Of a stretch of 64,000 nucleotides of DNA, positions 20,578 through 30,869 are shown piece by piece. Numbering within the stretch: the stretch's first letter is position 1; each line of letters opens with the position of its first letter. Source of the stretch: Calditrichia bacterium (GTDB lineage Bacteria; Calditrichota; Calditrichia; JAJRVZ01); contig CAVZSQ010000019.1 of the NCBI GenBank assembly GCA_963777955.1, positions 224,001 through 288,000 of the forward strand. Reading direction: 5' to 3'. Under the pieces are notes generated by a model. It was not told the origin of the DNA and did no database searches. It saw only the letters and a list, made by a program, of their open reading frames with translations. The position numbers and the translations under genes were made by a program.

Positions 20578-22543
20578 TTCCCGGCCAGTTATCTGTACGG
20601 AACGGAGAAGCAGGCAGTCCTTCTTTATTATATAAATTACATCCTTCCGGATTATCCGCCCAGGCATAACGCACCGCGACCGGTTTCCTGATCGTATCAT
20701 GCCAGACCACCACGGAATTGCCCTCGATCCTGGCCATCGCCCGAATAAATTTGCGATCTGCAGCGGCAATCGTAAAACCCTGCAACACATCACCATCTTT
20801 AATGATCAATCCGCTGCCCATATGCTTGAATTGCAGGCGGATCTTGCCGCTTTCAACTTTCATCCGTTCATAGACTGGACCTGAAAATACAATTTTTTCA
20901 CCATAAGCTACTTTTCGGGCCGCCAGCGCTAAACGTCTGCCCACTTCCTGTTTATTTTTGGGATGGATGTCTTTTGCTTCACCAATATCAATCGCCACGG
21001 CCAGACCGGTATTTTTTAATTTCAGAGCCATTGACTGGGCTTCACGCAATTCAGCCCAACTGCTCTCTCCCGGTTCCGGGAGTGCAGGATTATAATTTGC
21101 CAGCTGAACAATCAGGAAAGGAAAATCGGGTATATGCCAGGCTTTCCGCCAATCTTTGATCATCAACGGTAACAAGGTACGATATTGATAGGCCCGGCCG
21201 GTATTCGATTCACCCTGGTACCAGATAGCGCCCCGGATGTTCATTTTCACCAATGGATGGATCATGGCATTGAATAAAAATGTCGGTGTGTCCTGAATCC
21301 TCGGGGAGGGGGGCAATACAGGTTTATCAGCCAGAGACATACCCGGCCGGTACTTCCAGGAACCGGCCAGAGGGATGGACAGGGCTCCGCTGGAATTAGT
21401 CAACTCCAGGTGTATATCACCGGGCTGGCTTTGCCACAAACCGCCTTCACCGTAAAAATTTAATACATGAATGACCAGAGAATTGGCACCTGGATTTAAA
21501 AATTCAGGATTCAGCGAATATACGCGCGGTTTATCCCAGATCGTCATCCGACCCACTTCTCTGCCATTTAACCAGGTTATATCCCACTCATCTATCGGAC
21601 CAAGGTGCAATACTGCCTTTTGTATCTGGGTCACTTCCGCAAGATTAAAATTGATTCGGTACCAGACCGATCCTTCATAGCGGCCTAAAGCAGAAGAATC
21701 CCAGACCTGCGGAACGGACATACTGAGCCAATCCTGGTCATTAAACGCAGGATCCGACCATAATGGTTTGCCGTCTTGAAAACCCTGGTCTTTAGCCAGA
21801 ATAGATTGTTCCCACGCTATTAATTTCTGCAGATGAGCAGTTTCGGTTTTCTGCACATCCCAGTTTATGTCATCCATCTTTGCGACAAAGGGTCGAAAAT
21901 CGGACACCTTGCGGATGGACTCACGACTGACCCATGCCTCAATGACAGTACCGCCCCAGGAAGTATTGATCAGTCCGACCGGTATCCCCAGTTGCTGATG
22001 TAAATCTCTACCAAAGAAATAAGCCAGCGCCGAAAATTCCGGTATACTGGTGCTGCTGCAAACTGACCAGCCACTCCCGGCGACATCGTCTGATGGCTGG
22101 GAACAGGTTGATTTCGGTACGGTAAACAACCGAATAGCTGGGTAATCAGCGTCGTCAATTTCCTGGTTATAATTGGTTATTTTCCCCCATCCGGCCAGAG
22201 GCATCTCCATATTAGATTGACCTGAACAGATCCACACCTCCCCTACCATAATATTCTGCAGATTAATTTCAGTTTTACCGCTGATCTTCATTTCAAATGG
22301 CCCGCCAGCCGCGCCAGAAGGCATGTGCACGGTCCAGGTACCATCTTTAGCCGTATTAGTCCGCATTTCTTTATCCCGGAAAACGATCGTGATTTTTTCT
22401 CCCGGGTCAGCCCAACCCCAGATGGTACATGAAGTTTTCTGCTGTAAAACCATATTATTACCAACTAATTTGGGCAATTTAATCCCTGCATCAGCCGGAT
22501 TAATTATCATCAGCATGAATAGGATCAACACAATAATTTTCAT
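20555..22543 (-). CDS. Sialate O-acetylesterase (SASA) family with inserted sugar-binding domain
   Basis: GEVWICSGQSNME, WGGT.IEAW, WYQGESN, DIHPKNK and VRYAW motifs. Confidence 0.92.
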   Translation of the reverse strand: MKIIVLILFMLMIINPADAGIKLPKLVGNNMVLQQKTSCTIWGWADPGEKITIVFRDKEMRTNTAKDGTWTVHMPSGAAGGPFEMKISGKTEINLQNIMVGEVWICSGQSNMEMPLAGWGKITNYNQEIDDADYPAIRLFTVPKSTCSQPSDDVAGSGWSVCSSTSIPEFSALAYFFGRDLHQQLGIPVGLINTSWGGTVIEAWVSRESIRKVSDFRPFVAKMDDINWDVQKTETAHLQKLIAWEQSILAKDQGFQDGKPLWSDPAFNDQDWLSMSVPQVWDSSALGRYEGSVWYRINFNLAEVTQIQKAVLHLGPIDEWDITWLNGREVGRMTIWDKPRVYSLNPEFLNPGANSLVIHVLNFYGEGGLWQSQPGDIHLELTNSSGALSIPLAGSWKYRPGMSLADKPVLPPSPRIQDTPTFLFNAMIHPLVKMNIRGAIWYQGESNTGRAYQYRTLLPLMIKDWRKAWHIPDFPFLIVQLANYNPALPEPGESSWAELREAQSMALKLKNTGLAVAIDIGEAKDIHPKNKQEVGRRLALAARKVAYGEKIVFSGPVYERMKVESGKIRLQFKHMGSGLIIKDGDVLQGFTIAAADRKFIRAMARIEGNSVVVWHDTIRKPVAVRYAWADNPEGCNLYNKEGLPASPFRTDNWPGITGFVKH

Positions 22544-22814
22544 CTGCCACTCCTTAAACCATATACTCAACGACTAATATCGAAGATACATAAACAGGTT
22601 AAAAATAATATACAAATTTTATATCAATCAAGCAGATCAATTAAATAATTTTGAAACAGATTACATAATCAGCTAAATCTATCTGGCAGCATTTCTTAAT
22701 TATAGAAAAAGTGTATGTATAATAATATAAATTTAAGATGAGTATGATGATCTAAAATGGAAAACCAGAATAATCAGATTACAGGAAAAAAGAATTTAAA
22801 ATACGGATATAACA

Positions 22815-23198
22815 CTAATTTTTCTCAAGGTATTGCTGGGTCAGTTCTTCCAGAGTCTTGCGGGTTTTGAAAGAATTATAGGGCTTGCCCTCACCGTAAG
22901 GTGAGAACTGGATTCCGGCCAGTCCGGAATTCTGTACCCGGATTTTATTCGTCCAGACGACCTGCCCGCGAACATTGAATTTTTCTTCACCCGGAACAAT
23001 AATTTGCAGAATTAACAGGCAGCCCGGACGCAGTTCTTCTTTTATCTCAATGCAGGCTCCATTCTTGGTTATATCTTTCAGATTGGTCGGACCATTAAAA
23101 CGGCTAAACAGATTTATCTTTTTATGAATCTTATATAAACTTTTAGCTCCTGGTATCGAAAATCTCTCCAGATGCCGGCGCTCCTTAAAATCTTCCAT
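22815..23198 (-). CDS. Stand-alone PilZ-domain protein
   Basis: ERRHLERF (RxxxR) and DITKNG (DxS/TxxG), GQVVW, GIQF. Confidence 0.85.
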   Translation of the reverse strand: MEDFKERRHLERFSIPGAKSLYKIHKKINLFSRFNGPTNLKDITKNGACIEIKEELRPGCLLILQIIVPGEEKFNVRGQVVWTNKIRVQNSGLAGIQFSPYGEGKPYNSFKTRKTLEELTQQYLEKN

Positions 23199-23534
23199 TA
23201 CCTCTCGAGCATTTTCTTAAAAGATTCTTGAATATCCAGATTAATTCATCTTAATTTAGACTATAATTTCCCAAAACCACTGAATTTATTCAGTGACCGT
23301 GGTCACACCTTTATCCAATCCATTAATTTAAAAAATATTGAATTTATATTATAAACAATTATATTATATCTATTAAAGTACTACCGGACAGCAGTTGACT
23401 TATACCGACGTTAAGATTTGATCCGTTGAATTATATTTTTATTGAAGTTTAATATTATCTGTTTAGAGTGAAGAACACAGAATTAGATCAAGCGATTACA
23501 GTACCGGGATGAATAGTTATCATTATAAATTCAA

Positions 23535-24209
23535 ATGAGGAGAAAAAAAATGAACCGTAAGTTAAGCATAGGATTATTGTTGCTGATCTCGACGATTATA
23601 TACGCTCAGGAATACCGGGTGGGTGATCATGAGTTGATTTTTATGCCCACAGCCTATACCATGGATAAAGGCTCAGCATATTTTTCAGACTATGAATTGT
23701 TTTTCCTGAATTACACCTTTGCGCCGACATCTACCACGCATGTTGGTCTTTTTACTCTATTTCCAATTACTGCTGATTTTCTGGAAACCGCTACTGTGGG
23801 TGTAAAACAGAACTTGGTACGCGGTAGCGGTGTCGCTGATGCCGCCTGGGCTACCTTTACTCCAAAAGGTTCCATTCTTACTATCGGTGATGTTGTAAGC
23901 ATAGGAAAACCGTCCCATGGCTTGCATATAGCTGTCAGCGCAATCACCGATCTGAATTCAGACAACTCAGATTGGTACGCGGTTTATTTGGTCGGCTATC
24001 GTTACGATTTTTCCAGAAAAGCATCACTGCTGCTGGAATACATGAATGCCCAGGTACTCATGGATGAAGGAGATTTTAACGGTCTGATCAGTATAGGCAT
24101 TCGTTTTCATAGCGAGAGTATTGCCTGGGAGATCGGCGGTTTCAGGCCTCTGCATGAAACCGGAGATTTTTTCTTATTTCCTATAGTAAAAGGTACTTTT
24201 CTATTCTAG
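23535..24209 (+). CDS. Hypothetical exported protein, probable outer-membrane beta-barrel
   Basis: Signal peptide, amphipathic strands, C-terminal Phe. Confidence 0.65.
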   Translation: MRRKKMNRKLSIGLLLLISTIIYAQEYRVGDHELIFMPTAYTMDKGSAYFSDYELFFLNYTFAPTSTTHVGLFTLFPITADFLETATVGVKQNLVRGSGVADAAWATFTPKGSILTIGDVVSIGKPSHGLHIAVSAITDLNSDNSDWYAVYLVGYRYDFSRKASLLLEYMNAQVLMDEGDFNGLISIGIRFHSESIAWEIGGFRPLHETGDFFLFPIVKGTFLF

Positions 24210-24247
24210 TCGTATAAAACCTGATCGTTTAAATTTTGATACAAAAT

Positions 24248-24276
24248 TGAAAGGGGTGCAGCCCGTTCCCTTTTCA
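24248..24276 (+). terminator. Putative intrinsic terminator
   Basis: TGAAAGGGG...CCCTTTTCA hairpin 40 nt after the stop. Confidence 0.45.
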
Positions 24277-24487
24277 TTATCTATATTCACAATTACCCGG
24301 ACTCCTGCGGCCTATCTTGTTTAAATCTTATGCCTTCAGGGATTCGATCACAATAGAATAAAAATTATTCAGCAGGTCTGCGACGATTAATATTTTGTCT
24401 ATAAATTTATATTTATATATTTTTAAATATTTATTAAGTTGAAATATTTATGCAACCAGGTCAACGAAATTAAAGGGAGTTAATCTT

Positions 24488-25333
24488 ATGAAAACTTTGA
24501 TGAAAATGATTGTGCTGATCAGTATCTGTGGCATAATCCAAGTGGTCATTGCGCAGGAGGCTGAAAAGAAGGAAGAAATCAAATACGGCTGGCTAAAAAG
24601 CATGGTGGGTAATGTCGGTTTCACGCAGAATGCCTTCGATAACTGGGTTAAGGGGGGTGAAAATTCCTGGTCCTGGCAATCGGATGTACTGGCTAAGTTT
24701 ACCGAAAAACAACCGAAATATGAATGGGCTAACAGCGGTAAATTATCTTACGGAAAGACTCAGGTCGGGAAGCAAGAAGCCCGTAAAGCAGCCGATGAAA
24801 TAAAACTGGAAAGTGTATATACCTATATGATTAATTGGCCGATGAATCCATATGTTTCAGCGATGGGCCAGACCCAGTTCAGCAAGGGCTATAATTATAC
24901 TGATAATTCAAAAGTGGAAATATCCAATTTCCTGGATCCAGGATATTTTACTGAAAGCATCGGATTTAAATATGCCCCGTCCGAGATTATCCAGACCCGT
25001 ATAGGTGCCGCCTCCAAACAGACGGTTACCGATAAATTTGCCGGCATTTATGCTAAAGGTGATAAATTCAGGGTCGAGTACGGTGCTGAAGCGGTGACTG
25101 ACCTGATCGTCAAACTGGGACAGAATCTTTTATACAACTCAAAACTGGAACTGTTTTCGACGGTAAAACGCTTCGATGAAATCGACGTTAACTGGGACAA
25201 CATGTTCAGCGTAAAAGCCAGCAAATATATTAATGTGACCTGGAATTTAAGACTGTATTATGATAAAGATATTTCCTTGCAGCGTCAATTGAAAGAAACG
25301 CTGGCTGTCGGACTTACCTACACTTTTCTGTAA
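24488..25333 (+). CDS. DUF3078-domain outer-membrane protein
   Basis: Q..F.NW.KGGEN, RK..DEI.L.S, P.Y and YD.D motifs; terminal GLTYTF. Confidence 0.82.
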   Translation: MKTLMKMIVLISICGIIQVVIAQEAEKKEEIKYGWLKSMVGNVGFTQNAFDNWVKGGENSWSWQSDVLAKFTEKQPKYEWANSGKLSYGKTQVGKQEARKAADEIKLESVYTYMINWPMNPYVSAMGQTQFSKGYNYTDNSKVEISNFLDPGYFTESIGFKYAPSEIIQTRIGAASKQTVTDKFAGIYAKGDKFRVEYGAEAVTDLIVKLGQNLLYNSKLELFSTVKRFDEIDVNWDNMFSVKASKYINVTWNLRLYYDKDISLQRQLKETLAVGLTYTFL

Positions 25334-25335
25334 AA

Positions 25336-27357
25336 TTATGATAATTCTCCGGCAATTAATTCGGCAATATCCTTGACCGCCAAGGCCGATCCGGTTCCGA
25401 TTTCATTACCGGCATCGCGCAGCATGGTCAGGCAGAACGGACAGGCGGTACACAAAACAGATGTACCGGTTGATTCAGCCTCCCTGTATCTATTGCGACG
25501 GACGGCGTCCTGTCCCGTTTCTTCTTCCTTCCACATGTTGCCGCCGCCGGCTCCACAACAGAAACTGCGATTTTTTCTGCGGGTCATTTCAATCAATTCT
25601 ATACCAGCCTGTTCTAAAACCTGGCGCGGCGGATCAAAGACTCCATTGTGCCGCCCAAGATAACAGGGATCGTGAAAGGTAACAGTTTCATTGCCGGTCC
25701 GGTTCAGAGCAAGTTTTTTCTCGGATATCAACCGGGTTATGACCTGAGTGTGATGTACAACTTCATAATTGCCGCCGTATTGCGGATACTCATTTTTTAA
25801 AGTGTGCAGGCAGTGCGGACAGGTTACCACGATTTTTTTAACCCTGGCAGCGTTGAGGATGGCAATATTCTTTTCAGCCAGCATGGCAAACAAGTATTCA
25901 TTGCCGGTTCGACGCGCACTATCGCCGGTGCAGGATTCTTTGTTACCCAGCACGGCAAAATTTACATCAGCCCGGTTGAGAATTCGAACAAAAGCACGGG
26001 CAACCTGTTGTCCGCGCTGGTCAAAAGCTCCGGCACAGCCTACCCAGTACAGGAGCTCAAAATCCGGATTCTGCTCGACGGTTTTTACCATTAATCGCGA
26101 ATCCTCTTTCACCCATTCCAGACGGTCCTTATTCAGATTCCAGGGATTTCCGTTCCGTTCCATGCCGTTAAAAGCAGTCTGCAATTTGTGCGGGAATTTA
26201 GCTGCGCTCAGCACCTGATCGCGGCGAATGTTGAGGATATCATACATTGGTTCATTGCCCACCGGACAGATTTCCACACATGCCGCACAACTGGTACAAC
26301 CCCATAAGGCCGACTCGCTCAGGGCAAAATCCAGCAGGGGGGCACTGCTCCGCCCTGCCCTGATTAAGTCGTACCGTTGCTGATTGATATAATAGCGCTT
26401 GTTGATTTCCAGTGCGGCCGGACTTAATTCTTTACCGGTCAGGTACGCCGGACATACTTCCTGGCAGCGGTTGCACATGATACAGGCATACGCATCGATT
26501 AACTGTGATTTGTCCAGATGTTCCAGACGATTTACACCGAAATGGTCGGCGGAGGCATCTTCCAGGTCCAACTTTTCCAGTGTCCCCGGTGCATTACGCT
26601 GCTTTTTTGTCAGATAATTGACAGGACCCATGAACAGGTGGGCATGCTTGCTCAAAGGGAAATAAGGAATGAAAACCAGGATCAGTCCGATGGCGCCCCA
26701 CCAGGAGATATGATGCAAAACAGCAAGGGTTGGAGGATTAATGGAAATCCAGTAACGCGAAAGCAGCGATGCCAGGGACTGGCAGGGATCCCCTGTACCT
26801 GACTGAGCCAGTTTAAAACTTTCCCCCAAGAACCGGAGGCCGACGTGAAAAAAAATGAATAGTCCGACGATCAGGGAATCGCGGAGGATACCCCGGCGTA
26901 CAGGTTGATAGATCAGGACATTTTCTCTGATCTGCAAATGAGTTGATTTAAATATGAATCGCCTGATTAAAAAGAAAACTACCGCCAGCAGGCACAGAAC
27001 ACTGAAAACATCGACAAAAAGGCGGTACAACCTACCCGGTTGGGTATCATGGATGAGACTATTAAAAGCCAGACTGAATCCGGCAATGACATCAAACAGG
27101 TTGACCAGGAAATACAGCATGAAAGCCCAGGCGATTAAAGCATGGATGATGCTGATCAACGGCCGGTTAGTGAAAACGGTACGCTGGGAAATTAAAACGG
27201 ATATTGCCCTGGTAATTCTTTTAAAAGGATGGTCAAAATATAGTTTCCCCTGCCCGCGGTTGATGACTTTGATCATAGTGGAAAATGTACGCCAGCACAG
27301 GAGCAAGCATCCTAAGGACAGGACCACGAATATAATTTTCTCCGGAAGTGAGAGCAT
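25336..27357 (-). CDS. Membrane-bound (Fe-S) oxidoreductase, FadF/HdrD-like with two CCG domains
   Basis: N-terminal TMs, CxxCxRCxxxCP and CxxCxxCxxxCP, WVGC, CPHC, HDPCYLGR, CCGAGGG, ACPFC. Confidence 0.9.
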   Translation of the reverse strand: MLSLPEKIIFVVLSLGCLLLCWRTFSTMIKVINRGQGKLYFDHPFKRITRAISVLISQRTVFTNRPLISIIHALIAWAFMLYFLVNLFDVIAGFSLAFNSLIHDTQPGRLYRLFVDVFSVLCLLAVVFFLIRRFIFKSTHLQIRENVLIYQPVRRGILRDSLIVGLFIFFHVGLRFLGESFKLAQSGTGDPCQSLASLLSRYWISINPPTLAVLHHISWWGAIGLILVFIPYFPLSKHAHLFMGPVNYLTKKQRNAPGTLEKLDLEDASADHFGVNRLEHLDKSQLIDAYACIMCNRCQEVCPAYLTGKELSPAALEINKRYYINQQRYDLIRAGRSSAPLLDFALSESALWGCTSCAACVEICPVGNEPMYDILNIRRDQVLSAAKFPHKLQTAFNGMERNGNPWNLNKDRLEWVKEDSRLMVKTVEQNPDFELLYWVGCAGAFDQRGQQVARAFVRILNRADVNFAVLGNKESCTGDSARRTGNEYLFAMLAEKNIAILNAARVKKIVVTCPHCLHTLKNEYPQYGGNYEVVHHTQVITRLISEKKLALNRTGNETVTFHDPCYLGRHNGVFDPPRQVLEQAGIELIEMTRRKNRSFCCGAGGGNMWKEEETGQDAVRRNRYREAESTGTSVLCTACPFCLTMLRDAGNEIGTGSALAVKDIAELIAGELS

Positions 27358-27462
27358 ATTTTTCCAATGCGGTTGACTATTCTATAGAGTCAGGAATTCA
27401 ATTATGAATAATAATTTGAATTTAGAGGGAGCTAATTTTAAAATCAAACCATTTGTAAAGAA

Positions 27463-27717
27463 CAGGCATTCAGGCACCAGGGTACTGAGTAACCCCTCGA
27501 CTCCGCTCGGGGAACGCCAAACCGGTCGTCGAGCGAAGTCGAGACGACCCTTAACTCGTCATTCCGGGCATGTCGAAGACCTGGCGCAGACAGGATCCGG
27601 GATCTATCTTGATCAAAATAGCAGAGAATATCCCCTCCGTAGAGGCATGGAATCCCGGTTTTGGCGGGAAAAAGGGGTGTGTGATTAAATCAGGGACTGG
27701 TTGTGACCTGTCCCTAT
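27463..27717. repeat. Composite cluster of palindromic repeat units
   Basis: CAGGCATT/CAGGCACC octamers; inverted pair CTCGACTCCGCTCG and CGAGCGAAGTCGAG; GTCATTCCGGGC...GATCCGGGATCT; AGGGACTGGTTGTGACCTGTCCCT. Confidence 0.65.
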
Positions 27718-27729
27718 AATGATGGTTAA

Positions 27730-28215
27730 TTATACCTGCAAATTACTCAAAACCAGTTTTCGCTTGACCGGGCTCAGGTAATCCACGAATAAAATTCCAT
27801 TTATATGATCGATCTCATGCTGGATAACCCTGGCCATCAGCTCGTCGTATTCTTCAGTCTTCTCCTCACCGTCAAGGGTCTGATATTTAAGGGTTATCTG
27901 CTGCGGGCGCAACACATCTTCGCGCACGCCGGGAACAGACAGGCAGCCCTCTTCCATTTTGATTTCGCCCTTGGTTTCCACGATAACCGGATTAACAAAG
28001 ATCAGCGGACCGAAATTCTTATTCGTTTCTGAAATATCGATCACGATTAATCGTTTGGACACGCCGATCTGAGGTGCAGCCAGACCAATGCCTTCCGAAT
28101 CGTGCATGATATCAAGCATTTCATGGGCCAGGTTGTGCAAACTTTCGTCAAACTCAGTGACTTCCCTGGCCACTTTGCGCAGCACATCATCGCCGATAAT
28201 TCTTATCCGGTACAT
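27730..28215 (-). CDS. def: Peptide deformylase
   Basis: GIGLAAPQIG, EGCLSVP and QHEIDH motifs. Confidence 0.97.
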   Translation of the reverse strand: MYRIRIIGDDVLRKVAREVTEFDESLHNLAHEMLDIMHDSEGIGLAAPQIGVSKRLIVIDISETNKNFGPLIFVNPVIVETKGEIKMEEGCLSVPGVREDVLRPQQITLKYQTLDGEEKTEEYDELMARVIQHEIDHINGILFVDYLSPVKRKLVLSNLQV

Positions 28216-28288
28216 AACTTCCTGCTGTCCTCAATTACCTGTTCGTATCTTTATTAAAATACAAAATAATTCCCCCCATACACAAGAT

Positions 28289-28320
28289 AAAAAAAGCCCC
28301 ATAAATTTCTTTATGAGGCT
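28289..28320 (-). terminator. Intrinsic terminator after the IscA/HesB gene
   Basis: Minus strand AGCCTCATAAA-gaaa-TTTATGGGGCT followed by a T-run. Confidence 0.7.
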
Positions 28321-28370
28321 CAGATGGTAATGAAGATTCCCCGGCCTTCATTATCCAGTATTAACTTTAA

Positions 28371-28694
28371 CTAGGCTTGAAAAGACGAACCGCATCCGCA
28401 GGAGCCCTTGGCATTGGGATTTTTAAAAGTAAAGCCCGATCCGGTCAGGTCTTCGGCATAATCAACTTCCATACCAGCCAGGTACAGGAAACTTTTTGCA
28501 TCTACCACGATCCGGATCCCTTTTTCATCAAACTGCTGATCCTGTTCATCCTGCTGCGTAACAAAATCAAGAGTATAGGTGAAACCGGCACACCCTCCGC
28601 CTCTCACCCCCAGGCGTAGAGCGCTACCGGTTTTATTATCGCGCACTAATAATTCTTTAACCTTCAGTGCTGCTTTATCTGTAAGTGTAATCAT
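28371..28694 (-). CDS. Iron-sulfur cluster assembly accessory protein (IscA/ErpA/HesB)
   Basis: GGGCAGF.Y and NPNA..SCGCGSSF. Confidence 0.95.
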   Translation of the reverse strand: MITLTDKAALKVKELLVRDNKTGSALRLGVRGGGCAGFTYTLDFVTQQDEQDQQFDEKGIRIVVDAKSFLYLAGMEVDYAEDLTGSGFTFKNPNAKGSCGCGSSFQA

Positions 28695-28808
28695 AGTTAT
28701 ATTTGATCCTTATTTTTAGGTCGACATTGTTTTTTATAACATTTTTTTCAGAAATAATATTTCCTGAAATTATTTTATTTATAGCAGGGGAAGAGAAATT
28801 CGAAGGTA

Positions 28809-30809
28809 TTATTTGCTTTTCGGCGGTTTTTTAGTTTTTACATTTTCCAGGGTGTAAAACGCCCGGAGTAATTCAACCAGATTAAGATTATAAGCTAATG
28901 TTCCATTGGCACGATGGGGTTCATCACCCTCACAGATTTCTGAAATATATCCGGCACCCTGTTTATAGAATAACTCGCTGAATCTATTGACGTATTCCCG
29001 CAACATCTCAACCGTTTCGGCATCCTTGCCTCTGAATCGTAAGACCGCATCTATGTATAATCCAACGGTCCAGGGCCAGACAGCACCACGATAATAAGGC
29101 GGGTTCTTTTTAGTAACCTCAGTTTCCAGTTTACCGGTATATGCTTCATCGCGAACCGAAAGGGTACGCAGTCCATAGGGAGTCAATAACTCTGCTTCAA
29201 TCTGCTGTAAAACCAGGCTGCCGTTCTTCGAATCCACGATAGGAAATGGCAAGGCAATTAAAAAAAGTTGATTGATCCGGAAAGAACGATCGCTAAAGTT
29301 TTCACGGATCAGATCGTAATAGCGTTTTTGCTGATCATCCCAGAAATAAATTAAAAAAGAGTTCCGGCAGTTGATAGCCATGCGGCTGAATCGTTTAGCC
29401 AGCCTCTTCTTACCCAGTTCCTTGCAGAAGAACTCCATTATTCTTAAGGCATTATACCACAAGGCGTTAATTTCCAGCATTTTGCCATAACGCAGTACCT
29501 GCCCCTCCTGGTTGCGCAAAGGAATCCAGCTGGTGGCGGTTTCCTGATCCCCGCTGAAAATCAGATGATCCTTATCGCTGTAAATATTATGCCGTGTCCC
29601 GGTTTCATAAGCATTGATGATGGAGAGACAGGGATTTAATAAAACTTGTTCCAGATAGGAGTTATCCCTGTTCAGACCATAAAAGAAGTAAAGAAAATTG
29701 ATAAATAAAAGACTATTGTCGGCATAGCGGTCGTCGCTGCCCCGATTCTCAAAAGGATAGCGAAACGGCAGCAGACCTTCGGTCAGTTGGTTCAGAAACC
29801 GTTCAATGATCTGCTTGATTTTATTCTGATTATCCAGCAGCACGGTCAGACCCGGAAGGGAAAACAACATTTCGCGGGTTGAAACCTGGTAATGATGGTA
29901 GGCAGGCAAAATCAGGTCCGGTTGCTTTTGGGAATCGATGATACTGCCGCGCACTTTTTCAACCAGGTCCAGGCAAAAATCAGAGTCGTGCACAAACACC
30001 TTTGAGCGGCTGGAGCGGAATTCTTTTTCACGCCGGTATAATTCTTCATAATCAAAATTGCTGAGCCGTTCAGTGCTGATAAACAGATCCAGCGTTTCAT
30101 AGGCTTCCAGAGTACAGGAAAAAAATCCCGGATTGAGCAGGTCTTCGGTCGGCGACTGTCCCTCCGCTGTGTTTTCAGTATATCCGGGCAGGTACTTATA
30201 ATTAAAGTACCATAAGGGCGCAGGGGTAAATTTCCCCTTCAGATAAAAAATATTCAGTGCCGGCATCTCGGCTTTGGGAAGAAAGCGTACCATATTTTCT
30301 TCCAGATAACTATCCGTATTGATATAAGGCAACTGATGGGACAGTTCGTTAGTTTTACGGAAAGCAATTATCGGTTTCAGAATTAATTGCAGGGCCGCTC
30401 CCTGATTTTTGTTGGCATAACGCATCACCAGGGTATTCTGGTCATGCAACAGGAATAATGTTTTTTCCAGCCGTTGGTTATTTATTATATAAGTGAAGCG
30501 GGGAAAGGGATTGATACTGACCTGCCGCAGGTACTTATAGCCGTCCGGAAATACGGCACCGGTGTATTGATTAGCAGAGATCTCATAAATATAATGATCG
30601 ATGAATACCGACTCTTCGAACTTGGACAACAGGATTAACCGGTCATTCATTGATCCGCTGGGAATTGCCAATAGTCCATGATAACACCGACTATTCAAAC
30701 CGTACAGTGTCGAACAGGCAAATGTTCCCAGATTATTTATTTCCAGCCACTCCTTATTGATACTGAAGTCAAAATTTTGTAACTGGTCCCGATCATATTC
30801 AATTCTCAT
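28809..30809 (-). CDS. Glycogen debranching enzyme-like (amylo-alpha-1,6-glucosidase family), degenerate active-site motifs
   Basis: EWLE.N.LG, YHGLL, EINALWYNAL, LLTPYGLRTLS and G.VWPW retained; WMD and GRD motifs altered. Confidence 0.82.
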   Translation of the reverse strand: MRIEYDRDQLQNFDFSINKEWLEINNLGTFACSTLYGLNSRCYHGLLAIPSGSMNDRLILLSKFEESVFIDHYIYEISANQYTGAVFPDGYKYLRQVSINPFPRFTYIINNQRLEKTLFLLHDQNTLVMRYANKNQGAALQLILKPIIAFRKTNELSHQLPYINTDSYLEENMVRFLPKAEMPALNIFYLKGKFTPAPLWYFNYKYLPGYTENTAEGQSPTEDLLNPGFFSCTLEAYETLDLFISTERLSNFDYEELYRREKEFRSSRSKVFVHDSDFCLDLVEKVRGSIIDSQKQPDLILPAYHHYQVSTREMLFSLPGLTVLLDNQNKIKQIIERFLNQLTEGLLPFRYPFENRGSDDRYADNSLLFINFLYFFYGLNRDNSYLEQVLLNPCLSIINAYETGTRHNIYSDKDHLIFSGDQETATSWIPLRNQEGQVLRYGKMLEINALWYNALRIMEFFCKELGKKRLAKRFSRMAINCRNSFLIYFWDDQQKRYYDLIRENFSDRSFRINQLFLIALPFPIVDSKNGSLVLQQIEAELLTPYGLRTLSVRDEAYTGKLETEVTKKNPPYYRGAVWPWTVGLYIDAVLRFRGKDAETVEMLREYVNRFSELFYKQGAGYISEICEGDEPHRANGTLAYNLNLVELLRAFYTLENVKTKKPPKSK

Positions 30810-30869
30810 ATAGAATTTTTAATCTCCCGGTTATACTTTCATACTTTAAAGATAACTTGATTACCACCG

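Noticed and set aside
27404..27688. 94-aa ORF on + strand
   Set aside because: It runs across the palindromic repeat cluster and has no protein-like motifs
28746..28769. Imperfect palindrome upstream of the IscA/HesB gene as an Fe-S regulator operator
   Set aside because: AT-rich and imperfect, equally explained as a weak terminator of the upstream gene; not enough support
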